A DNA stretch of 64,000 nucleotides from Gammaproteobacteria bacterium (lineage in GTDB: Bacteria > Pseudomonadota > Gammaproteobacteria > Eutrophobiales > Eutrophobiaceae). Below the pieces are notes generated by a model. That model searched no databases and was not told the origin of the DNA. It worked only from the letters and a program-made list of their open reading frames with translations. The number at the start of each line of letters is the position of its first letter. The first letter of the stretch is position 1. The stretch is taken from positions 3,712,001 through 3,776,000 of the forward strand of contig OZ220696.1 of assembly GCA_965116495.1 (NCBI GenBank). The letters run 5' to 3'. A program made the position numbers and the translations under genes. Positions 30,196 to 39,924 of this stretch are shown here, one piece after another.

Positions 30196-31377
30196 TCATA
30201 CACTTGCAGACAACGCGGTAAACGCCCTACAAATTTTATCGATCTGTTCATCGGTATGCGCGGCGCTGACGCTGATGCGTACCAGTGATTTACCTGCCGG
30301 CGTGGCCGGGGGGAAGACCAGGTTGACGTAGATGCCATGTTCGTGCAGGCCGCGCCACAGCGCCAGGGCCTGCTCACGGGTGTCCAGCATGGCTGCGATC
30401 ACCGGGCAGGGCTCGGGTCCCAGTTCATAACCCGCATCAAGCAGGTGCCGGTACAGGCGGCGTGCGTGGCGCCAGAGCCGGGCGCGCAGGTCGGCGCCGT
30501 TTTCCACCCGTTTCAGCGCCTCGCGGGTGGACGCGATCACTGCGGGGCAGGGTGAGGCGGTGAAGATATAAGGCCGGCTCGCATAACGGATGAAGTCAAT
30601 CTGCGGGTGATTGCTGACACAGTAGCCTCCCGTGCTGGCCAGGCTCTTACTGAAGGTGCCGACGATAAAATCCGATTCGTTTATGACACCGGCCTCTTCG
30701 ACCAGCCCTCTGCCTCTCTCCCCCAGGACCCCGAGGGAATGGGCCTCATCGACCAGTAACAGCGCGCCGAAGGTGTTTTTTACCTCGATAATTTCCTTGA
30801 TGCGCGCCCTGTCACCCAGCATACTGTAGATACCTTCGATAATGACCAGGGTGTTGGCTGCGCGCTGTCCCAGCCGTTTCAGGCGTTTGTACAGGTCGTC
30901 CGGGTTGTTATGCCGGAACAGCACGATATCGGCGCCGCTCAGCCGGCAACCGTCGTAGATGCTGGCATGGCTGTCGGCGTCTATCAGGATCGTGTCGTCG
31001 TTATTCGTCAAGCCGGATATCACCGCCAGGTTTGCCTGGTAGCCGGTGGTGAATACCATGGCTTTGTCGCATTCGTAAAATGCCGCGATTTCCTGTTCCA
31101 GCGCGCGATGCCCGGCGAAGCTGCCGTTGGCCATTCTCGAACCGGTTGTTCCCGTACCCAGTTCATCCAGCGCCGCATGGGCCGCGTCCAGGCACTGTTT
31201 ATCGAAGGTGAGACCCAGGTAATTGTTGGTGCCGGCCAGGATCGTCCTCCTGCCGTTAATGCGCGCCTCCGTCGGGGAATAGATTTCTTCAATGGGCGCG
31301 CCGAAAGGGTCGACACCCTGCGCCAGCAGGTCATGCCGATCTTGTGCAAGGGACTGGAATTTGGCAAACAGGCTCAT
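30196..31377 (-). CDS. spt: Serine palmitoyltransferase (AOS family)
   Basis: ILAGTNNYLGLTFD, GTGTTGSRMANG, DADSHASIYDG, EGIYSMLGD, DEAHS, GTFSKS, RPYIFTAS; adjacent ACP. Confidence 0.9.
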   Translation of the reverse strand: MSLFAKFQSLAQDRHDLLAQGVDPFGAPIEEIYSPTEARINGRRTILAGTNNYLGLTFDKQCLDAAHAALDELGTGTTGSRMANGSFAGHRALEQEIAAFYECDKAMVFTTGYQANLAVISGLTNNDDTILIDADSHASIYDGCRLSGADIVLFRHNNPDDLYKRLKRLGQRAANTLVIIEGIYSMLGDRARIKEIIEVKNTFGALLLVDEAHSLGVLGERGRGLVEEAGVINESDFIVGTFSKSLASTGGYCVSNHPQIDFIRYASRPYIFTASPCPAVIASTREALKRVENGADLRARLWRHARRLYRHLLDAGYELGPEPCPVIAAMLDTREQALALWRGLHEHGIYVNLVFPPATPAGKSLVRISVSAAHTDEQIDKICRAFTALSASV

Positions 31378-31382
31378 GTTTG

Positions 31383-31535
31383 GGAACCTCTGATTAAGTC
31401 AGAGGTTCCTACGATACATGGACGTATCGTCAAAATCAATGACTATATGTCATTGATTTTGGGAGCAAAACAAAAAGCACATTTTTTGTTTTGCGCATTC
31501 TGAACAAGTCCTGGACGGACTTGTTCAGAGTTTCC
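31383..31535 (+). mobile_element. MITE family 1, internally deleted copy (153 bp)
   Basis: GGAACCTCTGATTAAGTC...GACTTGTTCAGAGTTTCC, between acp and spt. Confidence 0.85.
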
Positions 31536-31543
31536 GTAGATCC

Positions 31544-31795
31544 CTATGATGAGTTGATTACGGAGTGTACCCTGGTAGCCAGGTCCTTAACGGTATGGAC
31601 GTCCGCGAGCAGGTTGACCGGCAGCGATATGTCAAATTCATCTTCCATATCCATCAGCAGGTCCAGCACCTTGAATGAATCCAGTCCCAACTCCGTGACC
31701 AGGTTGGAATCTTCGTTCAACTCGACGCCGGACGGGGCCAGTCCGGACAGTTCAGTGTTAACCTTTGCCAGTATTTCCTCATAACTTACAGACAT
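31544..31795 (-). CDS. Acyl carrier protein (sphingolipid locus)
   Basis: ELGLDSFKVLDLLMDMEDEFDISLP. Confidence 0.92.
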   Translation of the reverse strand: MSVSYEEILAKVNTELSGLAPSGVELNEDSNLVTELGLDSFKVLDLLMDMEDEFDISLPVNLLADVHTVKDLATRVHSVINSS

Positions 31796-31869
31796 ACATC
31801 GTTCTCCATTATATATCCAGATGACGGGTTCTTGTGGGTGTGACTCAAAGTGTGGTCAAACTCCTTACT

Positions 31870-32027
31870 GTCATTCCTGCGCAGGCAGGAATCCAGTCGA
31901 TTAACTTGTTGCTTGCGCCTGCCCCTACATGTTGTAAGCGGGGGACACATTATAAGGTGTCCCTTCGGGACGTTTTTTCACTGGATTCCTGCTCCCTGCT
32001 TCCGCAGGGACAAGCTTCACAGGAATG
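31870..32027. repeat. Family E REP doublet with long spacer
   Basis: GTCATTCCTGCGCAGGCAGGAATCCAG...CTGGATTCCTG..CAGGAATG. Confidence 0.75.
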
Positions 32028-32154
32028 CCTGCCCCGGCATGTCGTTAGCCGGGGACGAACGAGAGACATCAATTTTGGTTCTGGCTTGGCCAGGTCAGGA
32101 TAGATGTACTGATTTTGACCACACTTTGAATCACCCCCGGTTCTTGTATTGCTA

Positions 32155-33063
32155 TTATATAACTGTGTCGATGACATCTGCCAAATGAATGTTCGGCCGC
32201 CATCCCAGTGCGTTCGTTAAAGGTGTGTTATCGCATACCCAGTCCTTGTGGGTAATCTCATTCACCTTACCGGGAGTGAGCATTGCAGGATAACGGAATA
32301 CCCGCGCCAGCAGCAGGTTGATATGGGCCATACCTTTCAGTAACATCACGGGGACCCGGATATGGATCAGCGGGCGCTTCCAGGTGTCGCGCCCGATAGC
32401 CATGATGTCCGCCCACCGGTAACCCGCGCGGGTGCCGTCATCCAGTTCGAACAGGCCGTGCACTTCCCTTGCCTGCAGCCATTTCAGAATGGCGCTGACC
32501 AGGTCATCAATGTGGATAAGGCTTATCCTGGCACCGGGTATCCCCGGCCCCAGCAAAATACCCCGTCGCATCAGCCGGAACATGGGACGCATTTCCTTAT
32601 CGCCGGGACCGTATACTGCGGTCGGGCGGTAAATGGTCCGAGATAATCCGCGGTAGCTGTCCGACATCAGCAGTGCCTCGGCCATCGATTTGCTGCGCGC
32701 ATACCAGGAGTAGTCCGGGCACCTGGCGGCGATTGATGAAATGAGCAGAAACCTGGCTGTTGGTGAATTTTTCCGGACTGCAGCCAGCAGGTTTTCAGTT
32801 CCCCTGAGGTTGACTTCCAGGAAGCCCTCCAGTGAATTGCCCCTGACCGCGCCGGCGCAGTGTATGACGGAAGTACACCCCTCGACCAGTTCAGCCAGTG
32901 CGGTTTGATTGTTCAGGTCGCCGTTGATCCAGGTTACCAACCCGGAATCGGGCCTGTCGCGGCGGGTCAATGCCCGGACCGGATATCCTGATTTGTCAAG
33001 TGCGGCGAGAAGGTTTGACCCGAGAAAGCCTGTGGCTCCTGTCAGCGCCACCTGCTCCGTCAT
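32155..33063 (-). CDS. NAD-dependent epimerase/dehydratase family; probable ceramide reductase CerR
   Basis: ALTGATGFLG, YARSK, RPTAVYGPGDKEM, MLTPGKVNE; between acyl ligase and ACP/spt. Confidence 0.75.
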   Translation of the reverse strand: MTEQVALTGATGFLGSNLLAALDKSGYPVRALTRRDRPDSGLVTWINGDLNNQTALAELVEGCTSVIHCAGAVRGNSLEGFLEVNLRGTENLLAAVRKNSPTARFLLISSIAARCPDYSWYARSKSMAEALLMSDSYRGLSRTIYRPTAVYGPGDKEMRPMFRLMRRGILLGPGIPGARISLIHIDDLVSAILKWLQAREVHGLFELDDGTRAGYRWADIMAIGRDTWKRPLIHIRVPVMLLKGMAHINLLLARVFRYPAMLTPGKVNEITHKDWVCDNTPLTNALGWRPNIHLADVIDTVI

Positions 33064-33069
33064 GGTCAC

Positions 33070-33231
33070 AGCCCGCATTTCTTACCAGATAATGCACCCT
33101 CACTTGTCTTTTTGCCGTCAGCGGGCACGTGCTTCCTCAACCGTAGCTACTGCTATGCTTTCGGTCGCAGGCACCCGCTGACAGCAAAAATCCTATGTGA
33201 TCTTTGCATCATCTGGTAAGAAATGCGGGCT
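33070..33231. mobile_element. MITE family 2 (162 bp)
   Basis: TIRs AGCCCGCATTTCTTACCAGAT / ATCTGGTAAGAAATGCGGGCT; longer relative at 42132-42460. Confidence 0.85.
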
Positions 33232-33238
33232 AAACAGA

Positions 33239-34990
33239 TTACGCGGTTTCAGCTTGTGATGTGATGGCCTGAGCCAGGTCTACCCTGTCTGTAAAGCCCT
33301 TGCGTGCGGCAACGCGGGACAACTTGCCTGATGAAGTACGCGGCAAGGTATGCGGCGCGACCAGGTCAACGTAGCAGTAAATTCCAAAACCCTCGTACAC
33401 TTTCCTCTGCAGGTGCTTGATTAACGATTGCCTGGCCGTGGCTTCCGTAAGGCGGCATTCAACCACCAGCACTACGATCTGCCGGCCGTCGTCGGCTTCG
33501 ATATCAAATGCCGAGGATTCGCCCATCCTGATTTCGTCCAGGTCCTCCGCTATCTCTTCCAGGTCCTGGGCGCGGATGTTCCTGCCGTTAACGATGATGA
33601 TGTCTTTGCGCCGTCCCGTCAGGTAGAGGTTTTGCTCGAACAGGTACCCCAGGTCACCGGTATCCAGCCAGCCGTTTTCCAGTATCACCCGGTCGGTTGA
33701 TTCCTGGTCGTTCAGGTAACCGTTCATCAGGCTGGGGCCTTTTACCAGCACCCTGCCGACGCGCAGGTCGGACAATATATCCCCGTCGTTGTCAACAATC
33801 CTGATCTCGTGATCAGGCAGGGCGCGACCGCAATTAACGATTTCATTCACCTTGCGGCTATCGGACTGTACGCGCACGGCAATGCCGCGCTCGGCCATGG
33901 TCAGCGCGTCCACGGACATGACGTCCAGGCCGCGGTCCAGTTCCGAGAACGTCGCGGCAAGCGATGCCTCGGCCAGACCGTAACAGGGCAGGAAAGCATT
34001 GGAGTTAAACCCGGTTTCAGCCATGGTTGCCGCAAACGCCTCGAATGTGCTGGAACGCAGCATCTCTGCGCCGATGCCGGCAATGCGCCAGCAACCCAGG
34101 TCAAGCTGCTGCAGGTCTGCGCTGCGAATTCTACGGGTGCAAAGTTCGTAACCGAACGGCGGCGAGAAGGCGATGGTGCAACGGTTCCTGCTGATCAGGC
34201 GCAGCCATTGCAAGGGCCGAATGGCAAAATCCCGTGTGCGCAGGTAATCCACCGACAACTGGGAGGCGATGGGACCCAGGACGAAACCGACCAGCCCCAT
34301 GTCATGGTAGAACGGCAACCAGGATGCGCAACGATCGCCGTTATGTACTTTCAGCCCGCTTCTTGTTATCCCCTGCAGGTTACTCATTACCGCCTTGCCG
34401 GTAATGATTACCCCCTGCGGGGCGCGGGTGCTGCCGGAAGTAAATTGCAGGTAGGCCGGTTCCTCAGGCCTGCTTGGCTCGAGAGAACGACCTGACGGGG
34501 TAATGTCAGACAGTTGTTCCGGTGTGCCAATCCATTCGAGTTCATCGTTATCCACGGCTGCTTCTTCAAGGAAGCTGATGAACTCTTTGTGGGCGATGGC
34601 CACCTTTGCCTTGCCGCCGGTCAGCAAGCCTTTGAGTTGTTGCACGTAAACTGCATGGCTGCCGAGGTTCAGGGGGATCGGCATGGCGAACGGGACAAGC
34701 CCGATATACTGGCAGGCAAAGAACAGTACGATGAAATCGGGGTGAGTATCGGCGACGAGCGCGATATGATCGCCGCGTTTAAGATTCAGGCTGAGAAGAC
34801 GGCGAGCCGCGAGCCTGGCTTGCTGCTGCAGATCGGGGTAAGGCAGGACGACGCTGAGCCTGCCCCGTGCATCATAAAAATTACACCCGGTAATACCTGC
34901 GGCTGCGTAGTCAAGCGCTTCAGACAGACAGGAGAAGCCGGCTAGATTTTGCGCTAGAGTATTATCAGTGGTCGTCGCTTCTCGATTCAC
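33239..34990 (-). CDS. Fatty acyl-AMP ligase / acyl-ACP synthetase
   Basis: YLQFTSGSTRAPQG, SWLPFYHDMGLVG, PCYGLAEA, WLDTGDLG, LPRTSSGKL. Confidence 0.92.
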   Translation of the reverse strand: MNREATTTDNTLAQNLAGFSCLSEALDYAAAGITGCNFYDARGRLSVVLPYPDLQQQARLAARRLLSLNLKRGDHIALVADTHPDFIVLFFACQYIGLVPFAMPIPLNLGSHAVYVQQLKGLLTGGKAKVAIAHKEFISFLEEAAVDNDELEWIGTPEQLSDITPSGRSLEPSRPEEPAYLQFTSGSTRAPQGVIITGKAVMSNLQGITRSGLKVHNGDRCASWLPFYHDMGLVGFVLGPIASQLSVDYLRTRDFAIRPLQWLRLISRNRCTIAFSPPFGYELCTRRIRSADLQQLDLGCWRIAGIGAEMLRSSTFEAFAATMAETGFNSNAFLPCYGLAEASLAATFSELDRGLDVMSVDALTMAERGIAVRVQSDSRKVNEIVNCGRALPDHEIRIVDNDGDILSDLRVGRVLVKGPSLMNGYLNDQESTDRVILENGWLDTGDLGYLFEQNLYLTGRRKDIIIVNGRNIRAQDLEEIAEDLDEIRMGESSAFDIEADDGRQIVVLVVECRLTEATARQSLIKHLQRKVYEGFGIYCYVDLVAPHTLPRTSSGKLSRVAARKGFTDRVDLAQAITSQAETA

Positions 34991-35215
34991 GATGAATAAT
35001 CCCCCGTATCGTTCTTTTTAATGCCTGTTGACAACGACAGATTTTTTTTTGGCCTATCACAAGGTCCTTCCGCAAGCATAGGATACCTAACCTGTTATTT
35101 CCAAATGTGAATTATAATCATAAAATACGCCCATTGTATATCTTTACATAGGCCAGGGTGACAAATATTACACAACCTGTAGAAAACTTCCATCTTTTTT
35201 TAACGCATGTGTTAC

Positions 35216-35662
35216 TCAGGCCGGCCACGACGACCTGAGTTCATCCCGCAGTTGATTGAAGACCGTGCTGTCAACCTCGTTATTATGCCCCAGGTCCGGC
35301 GGTCCGGGCCAGCCGGAATCGGTGAATTCCACCTGCGCATAATGACGTATTGCCGCATAACGCGGAATTACGTGAAAATGGACGTGGGGATCAACCATCA
35401 TCAACATCAGGTAGTTCAGTTTATCATACTGAAAAAGGTGCGATAATACCGTGTCGATATCATGTGTAACCCGGGCCAGTTCAGTGAACGCAGCCTGGCT
35501 GAGTTGCGAAAATGCCATTACCGGTTCGCGGGCAACCAGAACCAGGGCGCCCAGTGTTACTTGAGCGGGTCGCAGCAATACCAACCAGGTGGAATACGTA
35601 TGGATAGTCGTTTCAGGCGCCCCGAATTTCAACATGGTATCGTTCAGGGTGTTGAAAGACAT
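35216..35662 (-). CDS. HIT family hydrolase
   Basis: LRPAQVTLG, NYLMLMMVDPHVHFHVIPRY. Confidence 0.9.
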   Translation of the reverse strand: MSFNTLNDTMLKFGAPETTIHTYSTWLVLLRPAQVTLGALVLVAREPVMAFSQLSQAAFTELARVTHDIDTVLSHLFQYDKLNYLMLMMVDPHVHFHVIPRYAAIRHYAQVEFTDSGWPGPPDLGHNNEVDSTVFNQLRDELRSSWPA

Positions 35663-35788
35663 ATCTGGATTCCCCGATTATTATGATAAGGCCTTGTATA
35701 GTAAACGATGATTCACAAGAGATCAAAGTTCTTTTCGGGGATGAAGCAAACCCTCCACAGGTGGAATTAACAGGAGCCGCTGTCGAGA

Positions 35789-36931
35789 ATGAAACGTAAG
35801 CCGATTGACGAAATACGGGTGGTGCCGGTGAGTAACAGGCGTCAGTTGAATGCGTTTATTCGCTTGCCCTGGCGCCTGTATGCGCAGGACTCCCTGTGGG
35901 TGCCGCCATTGAAACTCGAACGCCGGTTGCATTTGTCCTCCCTGAACCCTTATTTTGCCCATGGCCGCTGGCAGGGCTGGGTCGCCTGGCAGGGGGACCG
36001 GCCGGCAGGCCGTATCAGTGCCCAGGTTGATGAATTGCACCGCCGCCGTTACGGCGAGCAATCCGGCCATTTCGGCTTCCTGGAGTGTGAAAACAACCCG
36101 GATGTGATGCGCGCGCTGGTAGCGGAAAGCGAGCGGTGGCTGGCGCAGAACCAGACCGAGGTGGTTACGGGCCCGTTCAATTTTTCCATCAACCAGGAAT
36201 GCGGCCTGCTGGTGGACGGTTTCGATACCCCGCCGGTAATAATGATGCCCCATAACCATCGCTGGTACGCAGACCTGCTTGAACAACAGGGCTATGCCGC
36301 CGCTAAAGACCTGTACGCCTATTGGATCAGGCCCGACTTCACCATACCGCGGGTGATGCAGACCTTGGTGGACAGGTTTGGCAAGTCCGTCAGGCTGAGG
36401 GGGTTGAACCGGAAGAATTTCAAACAGGAACTGGAGACCCTGCGGGATATTTTTAATGATGCCTGGTCCGGTAACTGGGGCTTCGTCCCGTTCACCAGGG
36501 AGGAGTTTGCCGAACTAGGCACCAGTTTACGCCTGTTCGTGCCGGATGACTTTATCCGTATTGCGGAATACCGGGGGAAGGCGGTTGCATTTATCGCCAT
36601 CCTGCCCAACCTGAATGAAGTCCTGCAGGACCTGGACGGCAATTTATTCCCGTCGGGGCTGTTTAAAATTATCCGGGCATTGCGCAAACGCCGCATCAGG
36701 ACGGGCAGGATACCGTTAATGGGGGTGAGGAAAGAATTGCAGAATACCCCGTTGGGAGTTGCCCTGGCGTTACTTGTCATACATGACCTCAGGCAGCCGG
36801 TTATCGACAGGGGAATAGAAGGCGTGGAAATGTCATGGATACTGGAGGACAACCAGGGGATGCGCAGCATCCTGGACAAGATTGGCAGCAGGCTGTACAA
36901 GACTTACCGGATCTACCGGAAGCAGTTATAG
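35789..36931 (+). CDS. GNAT-fold protein; probable bacterial ceramide synthase bCerS
   Basis: WVPPL, GRISAQVD, GPFNFSINQECGLLVDGFDTPP, FNDAWSGNWGFVPFT, EMSWILEDN, YKTYRIY; spt neighbourhood. Confidence 0.82.
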   Translation: MKRKPIDEIRVVPVSNRRQLNAFIRLPWRLYAQDSLWVPPLKLERRLHLSSLNPYFAHGRWQGWVAWQGDRPAGRISAQVDELHRRRYGEQSGHFGFLECENNPDVMRALVAESERWLAQNQTEVVTGPFNFSINQECGLLVDGFDTPPVIMMPHNHRWYADLLEQQGYAAAKDLYAYWIRPDFTIPRVMQTLVDRFGKSVRLRGLNRKNFKQELETLRDIFNDAWSGNWGFVPFTREEFAELGTSLRLFVPDDFIRIAEYRGKAVAFIAILPNLNEVLQDLDGNLFPSGLFKIIRALRKRRIRTGRIPLMGVRKELQNTPLGVALALLVIHDLRQPVIDRGIEGVEMSWILEDNQGMRSILDKIGSRLYKTYRIYRKQL

Positions 36932-36956
36932 ATAATGATGAACCGTTTGTCCGGAC

Positions 36957-37757
36957 ATGCCCACTGAGCGGAAAATCGTCACCTTGCTGTTGGCCGGGGA
37001 CCGCAGCGGCGTCGATGAGGTTGCCCGCGCTGCCGGCGTCTCCTGCAAGGCACTGGCGCCGCTGGCGGGAATACCGATGATCGTGCGGGTGATCGACGCC
37101 TTGCAGGCGAGCAGGCGGATTAACTCCTTCGTACTGTGCGGTCCGGGTCCGGACGCCGTGAACGCCTGCCCGCCGTTACGGGAATTCATTGATCTCGACA
37201 ATGTCACCCGGGTCCCCGCCGGGAACAGTCTCAGCAACAGTGTGCAGGCCGGTCTGGCAAGGATCGATCCCGCCGCGCTTGTGCTGATCACGACTGCGGA
37301 CCACCCGTTGCTGGACGCCGGCATCCTTGATTATTTCCTGGACAGGGTCATTGACAGCCGCGCCGACGTTAACGTCGGGCTGGTGGAATACGGGTTGATC
37401 GAGACGGCCTGGCCCGGCACGCGGCGCACCGTGCTGAAATTTTCCGACGGCGGCTACTGCGGCTGTAACCTGTATGCACTCTCCGGTGACCGGGCAAGAG
37501 ACATAATTTCACTGTGGCAACGCATACAGACGCAGCGCAAGCAGCCCTGGCGGATGGCCCTCAACCTGTTCGGTATCGGCGCACTGGCAAAGTATGCCTG
37601 CGGCCGCCTGAGCATCCGCCAGACCCAACAGGCCATCCTCAAAACCACCGACATCGCGGTGGACTTCATCAACCTGCCCTTCCCCCAGGCCGGCATCGAC
37701 GTAGATACCCCCGCAGACAAGGAACTGGTGGAACGGATACTTGCCCCCAATCCCTAA
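36957..37757 (+). CDS. MobA-like nucleotidyltransferase family protein
   Basis: LLAGDRSG..KALAPLAGIPMI, ITTADHPLL, YCGCNL, IDVDTPAD. Confidence 0.82.
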   Translation: MPTERKIVTLLLAGDRSGVDEVARAAGVSCKALAPLAGIPMIVRVIDALQASRRINSFVLCGPGPDAVNACPPLREFIDLDNVTRVPAGNSLSNSVQAGLARIDPAALVLITTADHPLLDAGILDYFLDRVIDSRADVNVGLVEYGLIETAWPGTRRTVLKFSDGGYCGCNLYALSGDRARDIISLWQRIQTQRKQPWRMALNLFGIGALAKYACGRLSIRQTQQAILKTTDIAVDFINLPFPQAGIDVDTPADKELVERILAPNP

Positions 37758-37815
37758 CCTGGCCAAGCCAGAATACCTCCGTTCGTCCCCGGCATGTCGT
37801 TAGCCGGGGACGAAC
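37758..37815. repeat. Hairpin repeat GTTCGTCCCCGGC..GCCGGGGACGAAC (family G), possible bidirectional terminator
   Basis: Near-identical hairpin at 32032-32060; associated CCTGGCCAAGCCAGAA motif at both sites. Confidence 0.7.
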
Positions 37816-37847
37816 AAGGTTCTTGATCATTTTGCGCAACATTTTAC

Positions 37848-38578
37848 TTATAAGGGACTAACAACACTCTCGGCATTCTCCAGGTCTCTTTTAAAATCTA
37901 TCTCACACCAGCGCAGACCTCTGATACCGCAGGCGCGCACCAGTGATTGTTTAGCCAGCTCATCCACAACACTCAGGAACCATAAACGCAGACCGGTTCC
38001 CTGCTTCATCTGCCGGTCGAGGTGATCGCGGAATAGTGCCGGTCCCATTCCCCGGAAATACAGCAGGCCGATGGATTCCGCCATGGTGTGTTCATCCGGT
38101 AACGTTTTACCGATGGCCTTCACCATGGAGTCTTCCAGTTCGACCCGCATATCATCATTATCGTACCTGTCTTTGTAGTCGATGGTTAATGTGACCGGCG
38201 CCGCCGGTGAATTGAGCACAGTGTCCAGTAAAGCCGGTTCAAACAGCGTGTCTCCATTCAATAAAAGAAAATCCCCGTCCATTGCGTGACGGGCCATCCA
38301 GCAACTCGCCAGGTTGTCGGAAACACTGTAGAAGGGATTGAAAACGATGTTAATCCTGTCAGGTCAGCGCCGAAACGGTCGTTGATATGTTCCTCTATGA
38401 GCCCCGAGTTAAACCCGGTGATGATGGAAATCCTGTCGATCTTGGCCGCCAGCAGTGCCGCCACCTGCCACTCCAGTATGGGTTTGCCGGCAACGGCAAG
38501 CATGCACTTGGGGCGCGTCTCGGTCAGGGGCAGCAGTCTTTTCCCCTGGCCTGCGCTCAATATTATCGCGTTAGTCAT
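37848..38578 (-). pseudogene. Frameshifted LicC-like cytidylyltransferase
   Basis: N-half AIILSAGQGKRLLPLTETRPKC and C-half FNPFYSVSDNLASCW..LLNGDTLFE..WCEIDF in different frames; GTCAG duplicated at 38358-38367. Confidence 0.85.
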
Positions 38579-38665
38579 GACGTTACATTTTTACTGGCCG
38601 GTTAATTCCACACGTGAGGTGAGCAGTTTAATGAAATTTATAATACAATCAAACCGGTAAACCCC

Positions 38666-38758
38666 GTCATTCCGGCGCAAGCTGGAATCCGGTCAATCAA
38701 TCTTGATTATTTTACAAGGAAGATTCCCTCACTGGATTCCGGCTCGCGCCGGAATGAC
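38666..38758. repeat. Family E REP doublet
   Basis: GTCATTCCGGCGCAAGCTGGAATCC...GGATTCCGGCTCGCGCCGGAATGAC, followed by an 18-bp tandem repeat. Confidence 0.8.
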
Positions 38759-38836
38759 GGGAAGCTTGGACTTGACGGGGGCCTTGGACTTGACAGGGGC
38801 CTTGGATGTAAAAAGTATGCGATTGTTTTGAACCGT

Positions 38837-39916
38837 ATGTCACATATTGAACGCTATATCATTCTGGAAGTTCTCAGGCCCTTCAGCTTCGTATTAATCA
38901 TCCTGGTTGCCATGTTCGCCTGTTTCAGCAGCGCAAGATACCTGGCGGAAGCGGTGACGGAGACCCTGGGTGTCTATTTCATGCTCAAGCTGGTTGTACT
39001 GAAGACGCTCATCGCCCTGGAAGTCCTGGTTCCCATTGCCCTCTACACCTCCGTCGTGATTGGCCTTGGCAGGCTGCACCAGGACCGTGAGATAGTGGCC
39101 CTCAGCGCCGCGGGTGTCGGTAACAGTCGCATTATCGGTCCGATCATCGTCATATCCATACCCATTGCCCTGGTGGTGGGCGCGCTGTCCCTTTACGGCC
39201 GTCCCTGGGCCTACCAGAACAGTTATATCCTGGATGCCACGGCCAAGGCCGACCTGAATACGGACCGGTTCCAGGCAGGACGGTTCTACGGCAACGAAGA
39301 TACCGGTACGGTTATCTACATTGCCGAAAAGGATGAGGCGAGCGGCGCGATGTCCAGGATATTTTACTATACCCGCAAGGAGGAGGTCAGTGAGATCACC
39401 GCGGCGGTGAGCGCCGGTCAGGACAGGGGCGCGGAGGACGAGAGGCTGCGGGTGTCACTCCATGACGGCTTGCAGTACAGGTTGCAGCAGGGTTCAAGGG
39501 AGGATGAAGTCATCCGCTTTGAAAAGCTGGTCAGGTATCACGAGGATCCCGAGTTGAGTATCGGTTATAAACGCAAGGCCGAGGCGACGCTCACGCTGCT
39601 CAAGTCCGACAGGCCGGAAGATATCGCCGAACTCCAGTGGCGCTTGTCCCGTCCCGTTGCCACGTTGCTGCTCGCGCTGATCGCCATACCCCTGAGTCGC
39701 TCGTCGCCCAGGCAGGGGAAAAATGAGAGGGTATTCACGGCTGCATTGATATTTGCGGTGTATTACAACCTGAACGGCGTCGCCCAGTCCTGGGTGGAGC
39801 AGGGCGTGATGGACGAGATACCTGGTGTCTGGTGGTTGCACACGCTCATGGCGCTGGTCGTGTTCATGTTCCTGTATGAAAGATTTAACCGGCGTTATTT
39901 GCAAGGATTCCGTTAG
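38837..39916 (+). CDS. lptF: LptF-family permease
   Basis: IERYIILEVLRPF, LGRLHQDREIVALSAAGVG, AELQWRLSRP, ALIAIPLS. Confidence 0.9.
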   Translation: MSHIERYIILEVLRPFSFVLIILVAMFACFSSARYLAEAVTETLGVYFMLKLVVLKTLIALEVLVPIALYTSVVIGLGRLHQDREIVALSAAGVGNSRIIGPIIVISIPIALVVGALSLYGRPWAYQNSYILDATAKADLNTDRFQAGRFYGNEDTGTVIYIAEKDEASGAMSRIFYYTRKEEVSEITAAVSAGQDRGAEDERLRVSLHDGLQYRLQQGSREDEVIRFEKLVRYHEDPELSIGYKRKAEATLTLLKSDRPEDIAELQWRLSRPVATLLLALIAIPLSRSSPRQGKNERVFTAALIFAVYYNLNGVAQSWVEQGVMDEIPGVWWLHTLMALVVFMFLYERFNRRYLQGFR

Positions 39917-39924
39917 CGCGGACA

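Noticed and set aside
30196-31377. BioF or Kbl assignment
   Set aside because: GTNNYLGLT, GTTGSRMANG and RPYIFTAS motifs plus ACP/CerR/bCerS context favour Spt; no bio or tdh genes nearby
37848-38578. Programmed ribosomal frameshift
   Set aside because: No slippery heptamer at the junction; a simple 5-bp duplication explains the shift
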